64,000 nt of DNA from Spirochaetes bacterium GWB1_36_13 (GTDB taxonomy: Bacteria; Spirochaetota; GWB1-36-13), in assembly GCA_001829155.1 (NCBI GenBank), contig MIAO01000136.1:5764-69763 (forward strand), in the 5' to 3' direction. The position numbers were made by a program, and so were the translations under genes. The notes below the pieces were generated by a model, which was given only the letters and a program-made list of their open reading frames with translations, did not search any database and was not told the origin of the DNA. This document shows, one piece after another, positions 32,354 to 42,372 of this stretch (the first letter of the stretch is position 1; each line of letters starts with the position of its first letter).

Positions 32354-32848
32354 ATGTCATTTCCACATCATTTAAAATCTTATTTTTTGAATCCTGGTGA
32401 ATTGATTTTTTCCAAAAAACCGATTATGATTCAAACTGTCTTAGGTTCATGCGTAGCCGTCTGTCTGTATGATAAAGCAAAAAAAAACTCAGGAATGTGC
32501 CATTATCTTCTTCCTGAAGCAAATGAAAACATTCCCAGTACAAAATACGGCAATATTGCTGTGCCTACCCTGATCAACAAATTTCTTGCCTCAGGCTCTC
32601 AGCTTCGGGATCTGGAAGCTACCATTATTGGGGGAGCTTTTATTATTTTCAGTGAGAAAGAAATTTTTTTTATCGGGGACAGAAATGCAGAAATTGCTTC
32701 CAATTTAGTCAAAAAAAGCAATATCCGCATTAAATCGATCAATACGGGGGGAGACAAAGGGAAAAAAGTGATCTTTGATACTGAAAAAAATCATATTATG
32801 GTGAAAGTGATTGAACATATTGAAATTGATGATCTTTATAAAAATTAA
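32354..32848 (+). CDS. cheD: Chemoreceptor glutamine deamidase CheD
   Basis: VLGSCVAVCLYD (catalytic Cys) and MCHYLLP (His) motifs. 164 aa. Confidence 0.85.
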   Translation: MSFPHHLKSYFLNPGELIFSKKPIMIQTVLGSCVAVCLYDKAKKNSGMCHYLLPEANENIPSTKYGNIAVPTLINKFLASGSQLRDLEATIIGGAFIIFSEKEIFFIGDRNAEIASNLVKKSNIRIKSINTGGDKGKKVIFDTEKNHIMVKVIEHIEIDDLYKN

Positions 32849-32852
32849 TTTT

Positions 32853-34916
32853 TTATATTTCGATTAAATCTAAAATAATTGCTTGAAGGTAACTATTTTT
32901 GTTAAAAACATTTTCCGTCAGGTTATACAACACATCTATTTTTGAGTGTTTTATTTTTTGAAAATCCCCCGCCATGTTCCACCCGATAAAATCCATATTC
33001 GGGTTTTCTTTTACCTTGAATTTTAAATGTTTATCATCTTTCCCTATTGTTCTGGCATCAATCGGCGTCAGATTTTTTGAGTAAAAAACAGGCTCTTCGT
33101 TAAAAGGACCATAAGGATAGAGTTTTTTTATTTCATTGAGAAGATTAAAATTAACCTGCCCGACCTGAATTTCAAGATCATATAAAAATATATCTTCCAA
33201 AAGACTCTTATCCATATATTTTTTTGAAGTTTCTCGAATTGTCCCGGTAACCTCATCAAGGTGTTTTAATGGAAAGCTCATCCCGCAGGCGTTTTTATGC
33301 CCTCCAAAACGCGTAAAAATACATTTACACCCTTCTAGAATATTGAGAATATCAAAATTATTAAAACTTCTTCCTGACCCCACAATCTCTCCCATTTCTT
33401 CCTCAATAAAAAAGACAAATGAGGGTTTTTTATAGAGTTTTGAAATCTTGGTAGCAATAATGCCTGTAACGCCCTGAACAATCTCTGAAGATGAATAAAA
33501 AAGGATGGTTTCCTCTTTCTGATGATTTTCAATCTCCTGCATCGCTTTTTGATATCCGGTATCTCCGATTTTCTTTCTTTTGGTATTCAAAGTATCCAGC
33601 TGCTCAAAAGAAACATTTAATTTTTCATTATCTTTCTCAATTAAAAGATTAAAGGCTATTTGAGGCTGCCCCAGTCTTCCTCCCGAATTTAATACAGGAC
33701 CGATTTCATACCCGACATGACGGATGTTTAATTCTTCATTTTTTAAAGGCTTAATAACTTTGACATACTCAGGAAGATTTTTATTAAAAAGATCCAGCCC
33801 GTCTTTCACTAAAATATGATTTTCAATTGTATTGAGAGGCATATAGTCACAGATGGTTCCAAGTGTCGCAAACTGAAAAAAAGCTTCCAGTTTCTCTTCA
33901 ATCTGTAAAAAATACTTTAAAAATATTTTTTTCATCAAACTGAAAAGAGTTTTGTGTATTTTTTTTTCATCATAGTAAACTTTAAGAAAATCAGCCAGTG
34001 ATTTCAAGTTTTTTACATTGATATTCATTTTTTTACTACTGAGTTCCAGGATATTGATAATTTGGATTTCTTTTTTTAAGACTTTCTTTTTCAGCTTTTC
34101 AGCCAAGATTCCAAAAGAGACCACAATCAGTTCATTATTTTTTTGAATAAAGTTTTCTAATTCTTCAAATGAGTGAAAAATTAGTATTTTTTCCTCAGGA
34201 ACAAAGTTTTCGGCTCTTACTCCCATCCATTTTGTTTGATTTTCTTCTAAAAAAAGCATTTTCTTGTTATAAAACGCCTTGTGATAAGAAAAATAGATTC
34301 CTTCAATGACTTTCAGCGCCACAGCAGCGCCGGATAAATACTCCATGGAATAAGCTTCGAGGTGAGGGTTGATAATGCTATAGGCTTCGGGCAGCTCTTC
34401 TCCCAGTGTATGATGATCCGTGATAATGGTACTGATCTTATGCTCTTTTAAAAGTTTGGTAAAATGGTTTTCTTTGATCCCGCAATCAACCGTAATCACT
34501 GTTTTTAAATTTTTGACAGAAAGAATATCTTTAAAAATCCTGTCAGAAAACCCGTAACTTTCTTTTTCCTGTGGAAAATTGTAATAAATCTCAGACAGAC
34601 CCATTTTCTGAAAAAAAAGATAGTAGATTGCTGTTCCAGTCAGCCCATCCACATCTTTATCCCCTACAATATAAAGGGGTTCTTTATTTTCAATTACTTT
34701 TTTTAAATATTCAACCGTCTTCTGCATATCTTTAAAAACAAAAGGCGATACAGAGTTTTTAATATCTCCGTAAAGAAAATAATACGCTTTTTCAGGAGAA
34801 TGGATTCCTCTTTTCGCCAGAAGAGAAGCTAAAAAGGGAGATATCTCAAGTTTTTCAGAAATAATGCGCACTGTTTCTGAAAAACCTTCTTTTTCTTTCC
34901 AAAGCATCAAATTCAC
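32853..34916 (-). CDS. recJ: Single-stranded-DNA-specific exonuclease RecJ-like (DHH/DHHA1)
   Basis: DHH motifs GDKDVDG, ITVDCG and ITDHH. DHHA1 motif GGHKNACG. An insertion of about 250 aa lies between the DHH and DHHA1 domains. Confidence 0.8.
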   Translation of the reverse strand: MNLMLWKEKEGFSETVRIISEKLEISPFLASLLAKRGIHSPEKAYYFLYGDIKNSVSPFVFKDMQKTVEYLKKVIENKEPLYIVGDKDVDGLTGTAIYYLFFQKMGLSEIYYNFPQEKESYGFSDRIFKDILSVKNLKTVITVDCGIKENHFTKLLKEHKISTIITDHHTLGEELPEAYSIINPHLEAYSMEYLSGAAVALKVIEGIYFSYHKAFYNKKMLFLEENQTKWMGVRAENFVPEEKILIFHSFEELENFIQKNNELIVVSFGILAEKLKKKVLKKEIQIINILELSSKKMNINVKNLKSLADFLKVYYDEKKIHKTLFSLMKKIFLKYFLQIEEKLEAFFQFATLGTICDYMPLNTIENHILVKDGLDLFNKNLPEYVKVIKPLKNEELNIRHVGYEIGPVLNSGGRLGQPQIAFNLLIEKDNEKLNVSFEQLDTLNTKRKKIGDTGYQKAMQEIENHQKEETILFYSSSEIVQGVTGIIATKISKLYKKPSFVFFIEEEMGEIVGSGRSFNNFDILNILEGCKCIFTRFGGHKNACGMSFPLKHLDEVTGTIRETSKKYMDKSLLEDIFLYDLEIQVGQVNFNLLNEIKKLYPYGPFNEEPVFYSKNLTPIDARTIGKDDKHLKFKVKENPNMDFIGWNMAGDFQKIKHSKIDVLYNLTENVFNKNSYLQAIILDLIEI

Positions 34917-35045
34917 TCTATTATATTTAATCTTAAGGTCTGTTTAAAATTTAATCATTTATTGATTTAAAAAAAATCAAATCACTTTAAAAAGAGAGTC
35001 GGAAAGAGGAGAAAGAAATAAAAAATCTCTTTCTCCGGGAAAAAA

Positions 35046-38000
35046 CTATTTAGAAGAATAGTGTTTTATGACTGTTTCAATTTCTTCAGGTCTCATATCC
35101 ATTATATTAGCAATAATTTCTGTCTTATACCCGTTGTTTTTAAACCGGATAATCGAATCTTTTTTTGAAGGATGAATACTTCTTAAAAAAGCTTCCGTTT
35201 CTGTCTCCGAAGGTTTGGAAAGAGTCGCGGATAATCCTCCCGTAGAAATCACTCCATAAGATTTTGTTTCATTTCCTTCACTCGGGCTTTTTTTTCTTTT
35301 GGTTGCTTTTTCAAGTGTGTCCGGGCTTTCCAAAATGCTTAAAAGATTTTTAATTCTTGCCTCAGCGCTGTCTAATTTTGTATTGGCATATTCCATCTGT
35401 TTGAGCCGATTTTCCAGGTCATAGGAAAGCATGTCAATCTCTTCAAATTTTGAAAGGACATTATCAATTTTTTCTTCACCCCGCTTCACATCGGAGAGCC
35501 TGACCTGCATTTCCTGAATATAAGAATTCAAGGTTTCGCTTTTCTTGAAAACTGATTCCACTTCTTGTTTTATTTTCTGGTTTTCAGATTGAAGATCAAT
35601 CGCAAACTGGCTATTTACTTCAATTTTCTGGATAATATCCTTGATTTTAATTTCTTTTGCTTCCACCATTTCCGCTTTATTTTCAAGTTCTTCGTAGAGT
35701 CTTTGCATCCGCTCGATTTTTGATTCTACCTGAGTCAGCTGAATCGAGTTTCGGTTGACCTGATTCATCCGCTCTTCCACTTCTCTTGATTTTGTGACGA
35801 CATCATTGATTCTCTCGTTTAAACTGGAGAGTTCATTTTTCTTTACTTCAAACTTGCCCAGTTCATTGAGAATAGACTCGCTTTCTTTTTTAAGATGAAT
35901 AAATCCTTTTTCTACATCGGATAATGATTCTTTTTCCCGTTTGATATTTTTCAGCACACCTTCAATATTATTGACTTCATCCATAAACTTATCCATCTTT
36001 TTATCGTTTTTAAATCCGTTGAGTTTAAACTCAAATTCCTGAATTTCTTTTTTCATGAAATCAATCGAATCTTTTACAGAAGCCTCGTTTTTCTGTTTAA
36101 TGGTTTGGAAACTGTTGTCAAATTCTTCGAGTTTTCCGCTCAATTCTTTGATTTTATTGTCAAAAGTTTTTTCAACCCCTGTTTTTTTGCTGATTAAATC
36201 CTGTTCCAGCTGAATCATTTCTTTTTCAAAATCGCGTTTAAAAAGAAGGAATTTTTCCTGAACTTCTTTCGCCATGTTTTTTTGAATCTCATCGCCTCTT
36301 TCTTTCACACGGCTGATATCTTCCCTCAGGATCATTGTTTCTTCAGTAACAGAATTGAGAGTTGATTTCACTTGATTTTCAAATTCTTTTTCCAGTTTCA
36401 TAAACTCAAGTTTAATGCTTTCCGCATTTTTTCCAATTTCTTTATAAAGAGTAGAACTGATATCTTTCAGTTTGTCTTCGATTTCAGAGACTCTTCTTGA
36501 AATAATCTCGCTTCTGTTATCGATTTTTCCAAGCATATTTTTTTCTTTTTCAATAAAATTATTTTCAATAGACTGGCTTTGCACCGCGAGTTTGTTTTTC
36601 AATCCCTCAATCATATCCTGAACTTGGTGATTTTGTTTTTTGATAATATTTTCAATTTTATAATTAAAATTATCAATTTCAGTAAAAAGGGTTTCGATTT
36701 TATTTTTGCTTTCCCGTAAGGATAAATCAACTTTTTCTTCCGCCGTGTTTTTAAGCACTTTAAGCTGATCATAAAAATGATTCATAAAATCTTTGACCTT
36801 GTCTTCATTTTTCTGGACATTGCTTTCAAAAATAGTCTGATATTCGTTCATTTTGGAAAGAGTTTCATCTTTCTTGCTGTTGATGGATTTTATAAACTCA
36901 TCATTTTTTTGCGCATACTGTTTTTCAAGCTCCTCAATTTTTTCTTTCATTTTATATTGAGTGGTTCTTTTAATTTCATCAATCGCCTGGCGGATTTGGT
37001 TGACTTCCTGATCCAGATGAGCTTTCTGGGTTTCCATAAACTGTTTTTCAAAATCATATTTGATTTTTTCCTGAAATTTATCAAATGATTTTAAACCTTC
37101 TTTTACCTCACCAGTAATCGTTTCCCGTTCTTTTTCCAGAGTGGATTTAAAACCTTCTATATCTCTTCGCATTTCCACTTTTAAGGCATTTTCGATTTTA
37201 TGGTATTCTGTTTGAAGATTTCGGATTCCTTTCTCAACCGAGTCATGACCTTTATCGTATTTTTCATTAAGTTCTTTGATTTTTCTTCCAATCAGTTCTT
37301 CTGATGTATTGGTAAAAGAATTGATTCTTTCTTCAATCTGCTTGTAACTGCTTAAAATATTTGATTTTTCTTTTTCTATTTCATTGTAGGTTACTTGAAG
37401 GTTGTTATTCACTTTATCTTGAAATTTAACCAATACTTCTTTCACGATATTATCAATTCTTTCTATTTTATTTTGTGCGCTGTCAAACTTATTTTTCAAA
37501 CCCTGCTCGATTTCTTTAATCTTTGCTTCAATTTCTCTATTGATTCTAATTTCGTTTTCCTGAGCGATTTTATCCACTTTTTGAATCGTTTCTTCAAATG
37601 AAGAAAGTCTTTTCGAAATATCCACAACATGGTTATTGGTTTCTCTTTTAAAATTTTCCATAGTAGCTGAGAGAGTTCCTTCAAACTTCTGAACCTCTGT
37701 TTTGATAAAATTGCCCTTTGAGTTCATTTCATTGATAAAATCATTGTATTTAGTCGTAAAGTCATTGACAATATCATCTTTAAAAAACTGTATTTTTTTT
37801 GTCTGATCATCCATTTTATCTTTTGAATAATCAAAAAAGAGCGTCATACTTTCTTTTTTTTCTTTAAATTCCTTTTCGATCTGCGTCAGCGCTTGATGAT
37901 TCACTTTATTGATCTCTTCGTTTAAATCAATAATCTTTTTATTGACTTCACTCACTTCTCTTTTTTTATTCTCTGTCCATGCCTGAAATTGTTCTTTATA

Positions 38001-38636
38001 TTGGACAGTAAAGCTTTCAATTTTTTGTTTTCCGGCTTCTTTTAAATCATCTAATGTGGTTTTTAAAATAGTTTGGGCTTTCTTTGAGTTTTCCTGAAAA
38101 GTCTGCTCTAAATTGATTTTTTTGCTTTCAATGGTTTGAAGGATGTTTTTTTCGAGTTCATCTGATTTTTTTGAAATATCCTGATAGTTTTTAGTCAGTT
38201 CGCTGATATCGATTCTGGCGGCCTTAATGAGATCGCTTTCTTTTTTCAGCGAATCCATTTTTTTATTCACAGACTCTACATAAGTGTAAATTTCCCCCAT
38301 TTTAGACTTGAAATCATTGATTAATGATTCAGATTTTTCGACTTCGGAGAGTTTTTTGTCGATCTGATTCATCTGTTCTTTAAAATGATTATTGATTGCC
38401 TGACCTTTATTCAGGAGCATGGAAAGGTCAACGGATGTTTTATCCAAATCCTCTCTTCTTTCATCCATAATTTTTCTGAACTTTTCAAGGCTTTGATCCA
38501 CCATCCGCCTGATATAGCCGATATTGCTTCTTTTCTTGTCCACCTGACGGAAAACAAGAACAATAAATAATGATAATACAAATGAAAATACATAATTCCC
38601 AATACCAAACAATTCCATAAAAGGTCCCCTCCCCAA
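35046..38636 (-). CDS. Giant membrane-anchored coiled-coil protein (1196 aa)
   Basis: N-terminal TM helix (YVFSFVLSLFIVLVF), about 1050 aa of K/E/Q-rich heptad-like sequence, and a short non-repetitive C-terminus. No NTPase motifs. Confidence 0.7.
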   Translation of the reverse strand: MGRGPFMELFGIGNYVFSFVLSLFIVLVFRQVDKKRSNIGYIRRMVDQSLEKFRKIMDERREDLDKTSVDLSMLLNKGQAINNHFKEQMNQIDKKLSEVEKSESLINDFKSKMGEIYTYVESVNKKMDSLKKESDLIKAARIDISELTKNYQDISKKSDELEKNILQTIESKKINLEQTFQENSKKAQTILKTTLDDLKEAGKQKIESFTVQYKEQFQAWTENKKREVSEVNKKIIDLNEEINKVNHQALTQIEKEFKEKKESMTLFFDYSKDKMDDQTKKIQFFKDDIVNDFTTKYNDFINEMNSKGNFIKTEVQKFEGTLSATMENFKRETNNHVVDISKRLSSFEETIQKVDKIAQENEIRINREIEAKIKEIEQGLKNKFDSAQNKIERIDNIVKEVLVKFQDKVNNNLQVTYNEIEKEKSNILSSYKQIEERINSFTNTSEELIGRKIKELNEKYDKGHDSVEKGIRNLQTEYHKIENALKVEMRRDIEGFKSTLEKERETITGEVKEGLKSFDKFQEKIKYDFEKQFMETQKAHLDQEVNQIRQAIDEIKRTTQYKMKEKIEELEKQYAQKNDEFIKSINSKKDETLSKMNEYQTIFESNVQKNEDKVKDFMNHFYDQLKVLKNTAEEKVDLSLRESKNKIETLFTEIDNFNYKIENIIKKQNHQVQDMIEGLKNKLAVQSQSIENNFIEKEKNMLGKIDNRSEIISRRVSEIEDKLKDISSTLYKEIGKNAESIKLEFMKLEKEFENQVKSTLNSVTEETMILREDISRVKERGDEIQKNMAKEVQEKFLLFKRDFEKEMIQLEQDLISKKTGVEKTFDNKIKELSGKLEEFDNSFQTIKQKNEASVKDSIDFMKKEIQEFEFKLNGFKNDKKMDKFMDEVNNIEGVLKNIKREKESLSDVEKGFIHLKKESESILNELGKFEVKKNELSSLNERINDVVTKSREVEERMNQVNRNSIQLTQVESKIERMQRLYEELENKAEMVEAKEIKIKDIIQKIEVNSQFAIDLQSENQKIKQEVESVFKKSETLNSYIQEMQVRLSDVKRGEEKIDNVLSKFEEIDMLSYDLENRLKQMEYANTKLDSAEARIKNLLSILESPDTLEKATKRKKSPSEGNETKSYGVISTGGLSATLSKPSETETEAFLRSIHPSKKDSIIRFKNNGYKTEIIANIMDMRPEEIETVIKHYSSK

Positions 38637-38854
38637 AAAGTTTTATTCCGTAAAGAATAAAAAAGTATCCATTCATAAAAATTATAAAGATTTTTGTTTT
38701 TCTTAACAGGTTATTTTGTATTTTTCAAGAGTTTTTAGAAGATGAAATAAAATAAAATTTATTATTTGTAAAAAAAATCAGGAAATCCTTTTTAGAGCGA
38801 ATTTAATTTCACTTTTTTTTCTATAAAAAGATTTCCATAAAAAGATTTTTCCCT

Positions 38855-39808
38855 CTATTTTAGAGGTTTTTCAGAGAATTTTCCCATATTTAAAAATTTA
38901 TCAATTCTTCGGTCCATCAACTTATTTCTTGACATTCTGGCTAATTCTTTTGTGGTTTCTAAAAGCTTATTTTTTAAATTTTGGGCAGTCTGCTCAGGAT
39001 ATCGGTGGGCTGCTCCCAGCGGTTCATCAATAATCCCGTCAATCAGACCCAGTTTTAATAAATCATCCGCTGTTATTTTCAATGCTTTTGCCGCTTCGCT
39101 GGCTTTGGTGGAGTCTCTCCATAAAATAGAAGCGCATCCTTCCGGCGAAATAACAGAATAAACCGAATATTTGAGCATAAAAACCATATTAGCAACCCCG
39201 ATACCCAGCGCGCCGCCGCTTCCTCCTTCGCCGATGACCGTGGCAACAACCGGAACACGAAGTTTTGCCATTTCACGGAGATTACGGGCGATTGCCTCGC
39301 CCTGACCGCGTTCTTCGGCTTCAATTCCGGGAAATGCGCCCTGAGTATTAATAAAAGTAAGGATGGGACGGTTAAACTTATCCGCCATTTTCATGACACG
39401 AAGCGCTTTTTTATATCCTTCCGGATTTGGCATCCCAAAGTTTCTTTTTTTAGCTTCTTCCATTGTCTTGCCTTTCTGCTGACCAATGATAAAAAACTTT
39501 TCTTCATCAATTTTCATCATTCCGGTAATCATAGCCTGATCATCCCCGATATTGCGGTCTCCATGAATCTCGACAAAATCAGTTCCGATCATATTGATAT
39601 AATCTAAAAAAGTCGGACGATCCAGATGCCTTGCTATCTGGGTTATTTTCCAGGGATTCAGTTCTGAATAGACTTTTTCGATTTCAGCATGGTATTTTGA
39701 TTCTAATAACTCCAGCTGTTTGTCAAAATCAGGAAATTTGTCTTTTTCTTTGAGCGCCTTGATTTTTTCTTCTATCTCATGAATTCCCTTTTCAAATTCC
39801 AGAACCAT
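38855..39808 (-). CDS. accA: Acetyl-CoA carboxylase carboxyltransferase alpha subunit
   Basis: GAFPGIEAEERGQGEAIARNL and VIGEGGSGGALGIG motifs. Confidence 0.92.
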   Translation of the reverse strand: MVLEFEKGIHEIEEKIKALKEKDKFPDFDKQLELLESKYHAEIEKVYSELNPWKITQIARHLDRPTFLDYINMIGTDFVEIHGDRNIGDDQAMITGMMKIDEEKFFIIGQQKGKTMEEAKKRNFGMPNPEGYKKALRVMKMADKFNRPILTFINTQGAFPGIEAEERGQGEAIARNLREMAKLRVPVVATVIGEGGSGGALGIGVANMVFMLKYSVYSVISPEGCASILWRDSTKASEAAKALKITADDLLKLGLIDGIIDEPLGAAHRYPEQTAQNLKNKLLETTKELARMSRNKLMDRRIDKFLNMGKFSEKPLK

Positions 39809-40041
39809 CTTGCCTCCATTTATCAGATATTTTGACTTACTTTATAAGTAATATAATTCTATACTAAACATTAAATTTATCGAAAAGAAGGGTTGAATCG
39901 AAATTTTCATTTTCAATGAGGCTAAATCAATTCAAAATGGTTTTTAATACAACTTTTTTTCACACAACATGGTGAAACATTACACCTAACAATTAGTCAG
40001 TTAATTTTTCCCCTGCAGTTTTTCAATTACAGGGGTTTCCC

Positions 40042-40617
40042 TTGCTTTTTTCCCATTTTCCGTTATTTTTTATTAAAAACTCCAGAGGTTGGCGGATGGA
40101 TTTTGAGGTCAGAGTAAGTGAAGACAAGAATGAACAGAAAATAGCTGAAAGAATCGCTTACGGAGGCTCTTCTGATGATACAGAGCCTTTTAAGGTCAGA
40201 AACCTTCTCTGGCTTGATCTTTTCCCAAAAGGACTTATCAACCGGCAGAATTTTGAGTTTGCCTTTTTGAATATTGTATCCAAACTCCCCTCTCCCTATT
40301 CTGATTTTCTTGAGAAAAGTTTTCTGGATTTATCTTTTTTAAAAGGAACTTGTCAATTTCTTCCCAGAATACAAATAAAAGATTTTCTCGATCAGGCTTA
40401 TATTTACGGTACTGTGAGTCGGCAGAGGGGATTTTTTGCTATCCCGAAGACAAGGGAGCCTGAAAAAATTTCAACAGAAATCCTTTCTTGTTTTGAAAAA
40501 CCGTTTGATGCGTATTTTATTTCTAATTTATTGAAGGTCAGGCACTGCTGGAATTATAATCTTATGATTATCAGCCAAAAAAAATGTGGGATCTGTTCAT
40601 GGTTTACTTACGATTAA
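40042..40617 (+). CDS. Hypothetical protein
   Basis: 191-aa ORF. A likely internal start is MDFEVRV at about 40099. No recognisable motif. It is preceded by a GC-rich leader hairpin and followed by a terminator. Confidence 0.4.
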   Translation: MLFSHFPLFFIKNSRGWRMDFEVRVSEDKNEQKIAERIAYGGSSDDTEPFKVRNLLWLDLFPKGLINRQNFEFAFLNIVSKLPSPYSDFLEKSFLDLSFLKGTCQFLPRIQIKDFLDQAYIYGTVSRQRGFFAIPKTREPEKISTEILSCFEKPFDAYFISNLLKVRHCWNYNLMIISQKKCGICSWFTYD

Positions 40618-40619
40618 AA

Positions 40620-40657
40620 AACAAGAAGCGGAAATACCGCTCCTTGCCTTGTTTTTA
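40620..40657. terminator. Bidirectional rho-independent terminator between the hypothetical ORF and glnK
   Basis: Stem caagaagcgg/ccgctccttg flanked by an A-run on the left and a T-run on the right. Confidence 0.55.
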
Positions 40658-40661
40658 GAAA

Positions 40662-41003
40662 TTAGATCGCTTCTTCGTTTTTCTCGCCGGTTCGGATTCG
40701 AATCACTTCCTCTACAGGAAGGATAAAAATCTTTCCATCTCCTATATTTCCGGTTCGGGCTGTTTTGATAATCGCATCCAAAGCTGCCTGTTTTTCCTGC
40801 TCATTTTTGACCACAACTTCTATCTGAGTTTTCCGGGTAAAAAGAACCTCATACTCTCTTCCTCTGAAAATCTCGGTATGTCCCTTCTGCTTTCCATACC
40901 CTTCCACATCTAAAACAGTGAGCCTTTCGATTCCTGCTGCATTTAAAGCATCTTTAATCTCTGAGATTTTATTCGGCTGAACTACCGCAACAATCATTTT
41001 CAT
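40662..41003 (-). CDS. glnK: Nitrogen regulatory protein P-II
   Basis: MKMIVAVVQPNKISEIKDALNAAGIERLTVLDVEGYG...RTGNIGDGKIFILPVEEVIRIRTGE. The T-loop Tyr lies in context GREYEV. It sits immediately downstream of amt. Confidence 0.92.
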   Translation of the reverse strand: MKMIVAVVQPNKISEIKDALNAAGIERLTVLDVEGYGKQKGHTEIFRGREYEVLFTRKTQIEVVVKNEQEKQAALDAIIKTARTGNIGDGKIFILPVEEVIRIRTGEKNEEAI

Positions 41004-41014
41004 AATAAGCCTCC

Positions 41015-42214
41015 TTATCGTTTATCATCGAGAATATAAGCTTCATAGCCCATTTCTCCGTAATCCAGCCCCTCGTACTCTTCTTTTTCAGAAACTCTCA
41101 TTCCCATAACCAGTTTAAGCAAAAACCACACAAGAAGGCTTGCCGGAAAGACCACAATAAAGGTAAATCCGATTCCTGAAAGCTGTTTGATAATCTGGCT
41201 GAAACTTCCGCTGTCAATCAGTCCTTTGTCCACTGCAAAGACACCGACCATCAGAGTCCCTATCATCCCGTTTAAAAGGTGGACGGAAGTGGCTCCAACC
41301 GGGTCATCGAGTTTGAGTCTTTCAAAGAAAGGAATACCGAAAAAGACGACAAATCCGGCGAGAAGACCAATAACAGAAGCCCATACCGGAGTTACATCGG
41401 CGCATCCGGCTGTAATGGCAACCAAACCAGCCAGAAGACCGTTTAAAATCATACCGAAATCCGGTTTCTTAAACTTGATCCATGAAAGAATCGTGGCAAC
41501 CAGCATACTGGAAACACCAGCCAGGTTTGTATTCAGAGCAATTAAAGGCACTTTTTCATCAAAAGCGAGCTCAGACCCTGGATTGAATCCAAACCAGCCC
41601 AGCCACAAAATAAAGGTTCCCAATGTTGCCAAAGGCATCGAATGCCCAGGAATCGCATTAATTTTACCTTCTTTAAATTTTCCTTTTCTGGCTCCCAGAA
41701 CAATAATCCCCGCAAGAGCAGCCCATCCTCCGACCGAGTGAACCACAGTAGAACCGGCAAAGTCAATAAAACCGTATTTGTAGAGAAATCCTCCTCCCCA
41801 GGTTGCCATACCGATCACAGGATAAATAAAAGCAACCAGAATCAGGCTGAAAATGATGAAAGAAATAAATTTAATTCTTTCCGCCACCGCTCCTGAAACA
41901 ATGGAGGCTGCAGTCGCTGCAAAGGCAAGCTGGAAGAAAAAGAAAACCATCTCAGGAATTTTCAGCCCTTCCACACCTGATTTATAATCGCTGAAAAAAA
42001 CAGCAGAGAAATTTCCCTTAAACATCAGAGTGTAACCGATTGCCCAGAAAGCAAGCGTAGCCAGTCCGAAGACAATAAAGTTTTTAGCCAAGACATTGAC
42101 TGTGTTTTTTGCCCTGACAAAACCTGCCTCCAGAAATGCAAACCCAGCATTCATAAAAAATACCAGAAGAGCCGCTATTAAAACCCATAGCGTATCCACA
42201 AGATTAAATTCCAT
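41015..42214 (-). CDS. amtB: Ammonium transporter (Amt family)
   Basis: N-terminus [16 protein letters not shown] and the [19 protein letters not shown] signature, with 11 TM helices. Confidence 0.92.
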   Translation of the reverse strand: MEFNLVDTLWVLIAALLVFFMNAGFAFLEAGFVRAKNTVNVLAKNFIVFGLATLAFWAIGYTLMFKGNFSAVFFSDYKSGVEGLKIPEMVFFFFQLAFAATAASIVSGAVAERIKFISFIIFSLILVAFIYPVIGMATWGGGFLYKYGFIDFAGSTVVHSVGGWAALAGIIVLGARKGKFKEGKINAIPGHSMPLATLGTFILWLGWFGFNPGSELAFDEKVPLIALNTNLAGVSSMLVATILSWIKFKKPDFGMILNGLLAGLVAITAGCADVTPVWASVIGLLAGFVVFFGIPFFERLKLDDPVGATSVHLLNGMIGTLMVGVFAVDKGLIDSGSFSQIIKQLSGIGFTFIVVFPASLLVWFLLKLVMGMRVSEKEEYEGLDYGEMGYEAYILDDKR

Positions 42215-42372
42215 TTAGATTCTCCTTTATTATTTTTGAACGCAAATAATAAAGCATTTACCATGCCAATTTATATTAAAATGATTTTCAATGATATTAA
42301 ATAAATAAAAAAAATAGTTGATGAAAAAATAATCAAACAAAAGCTTTTGAATGATTAAAAAAAAACCTTTCC

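Noticed and set aside
41187-41896. 184-aa and 84-aa plus-strand ORFs, and a 74-aa minus-strand ORF, overlapping amtB
   Set aside because: They are antisense or alternative-frame readings of the locally GC-richer amtB gene. They are Pro/Arg-rich nonsense with no start signals.
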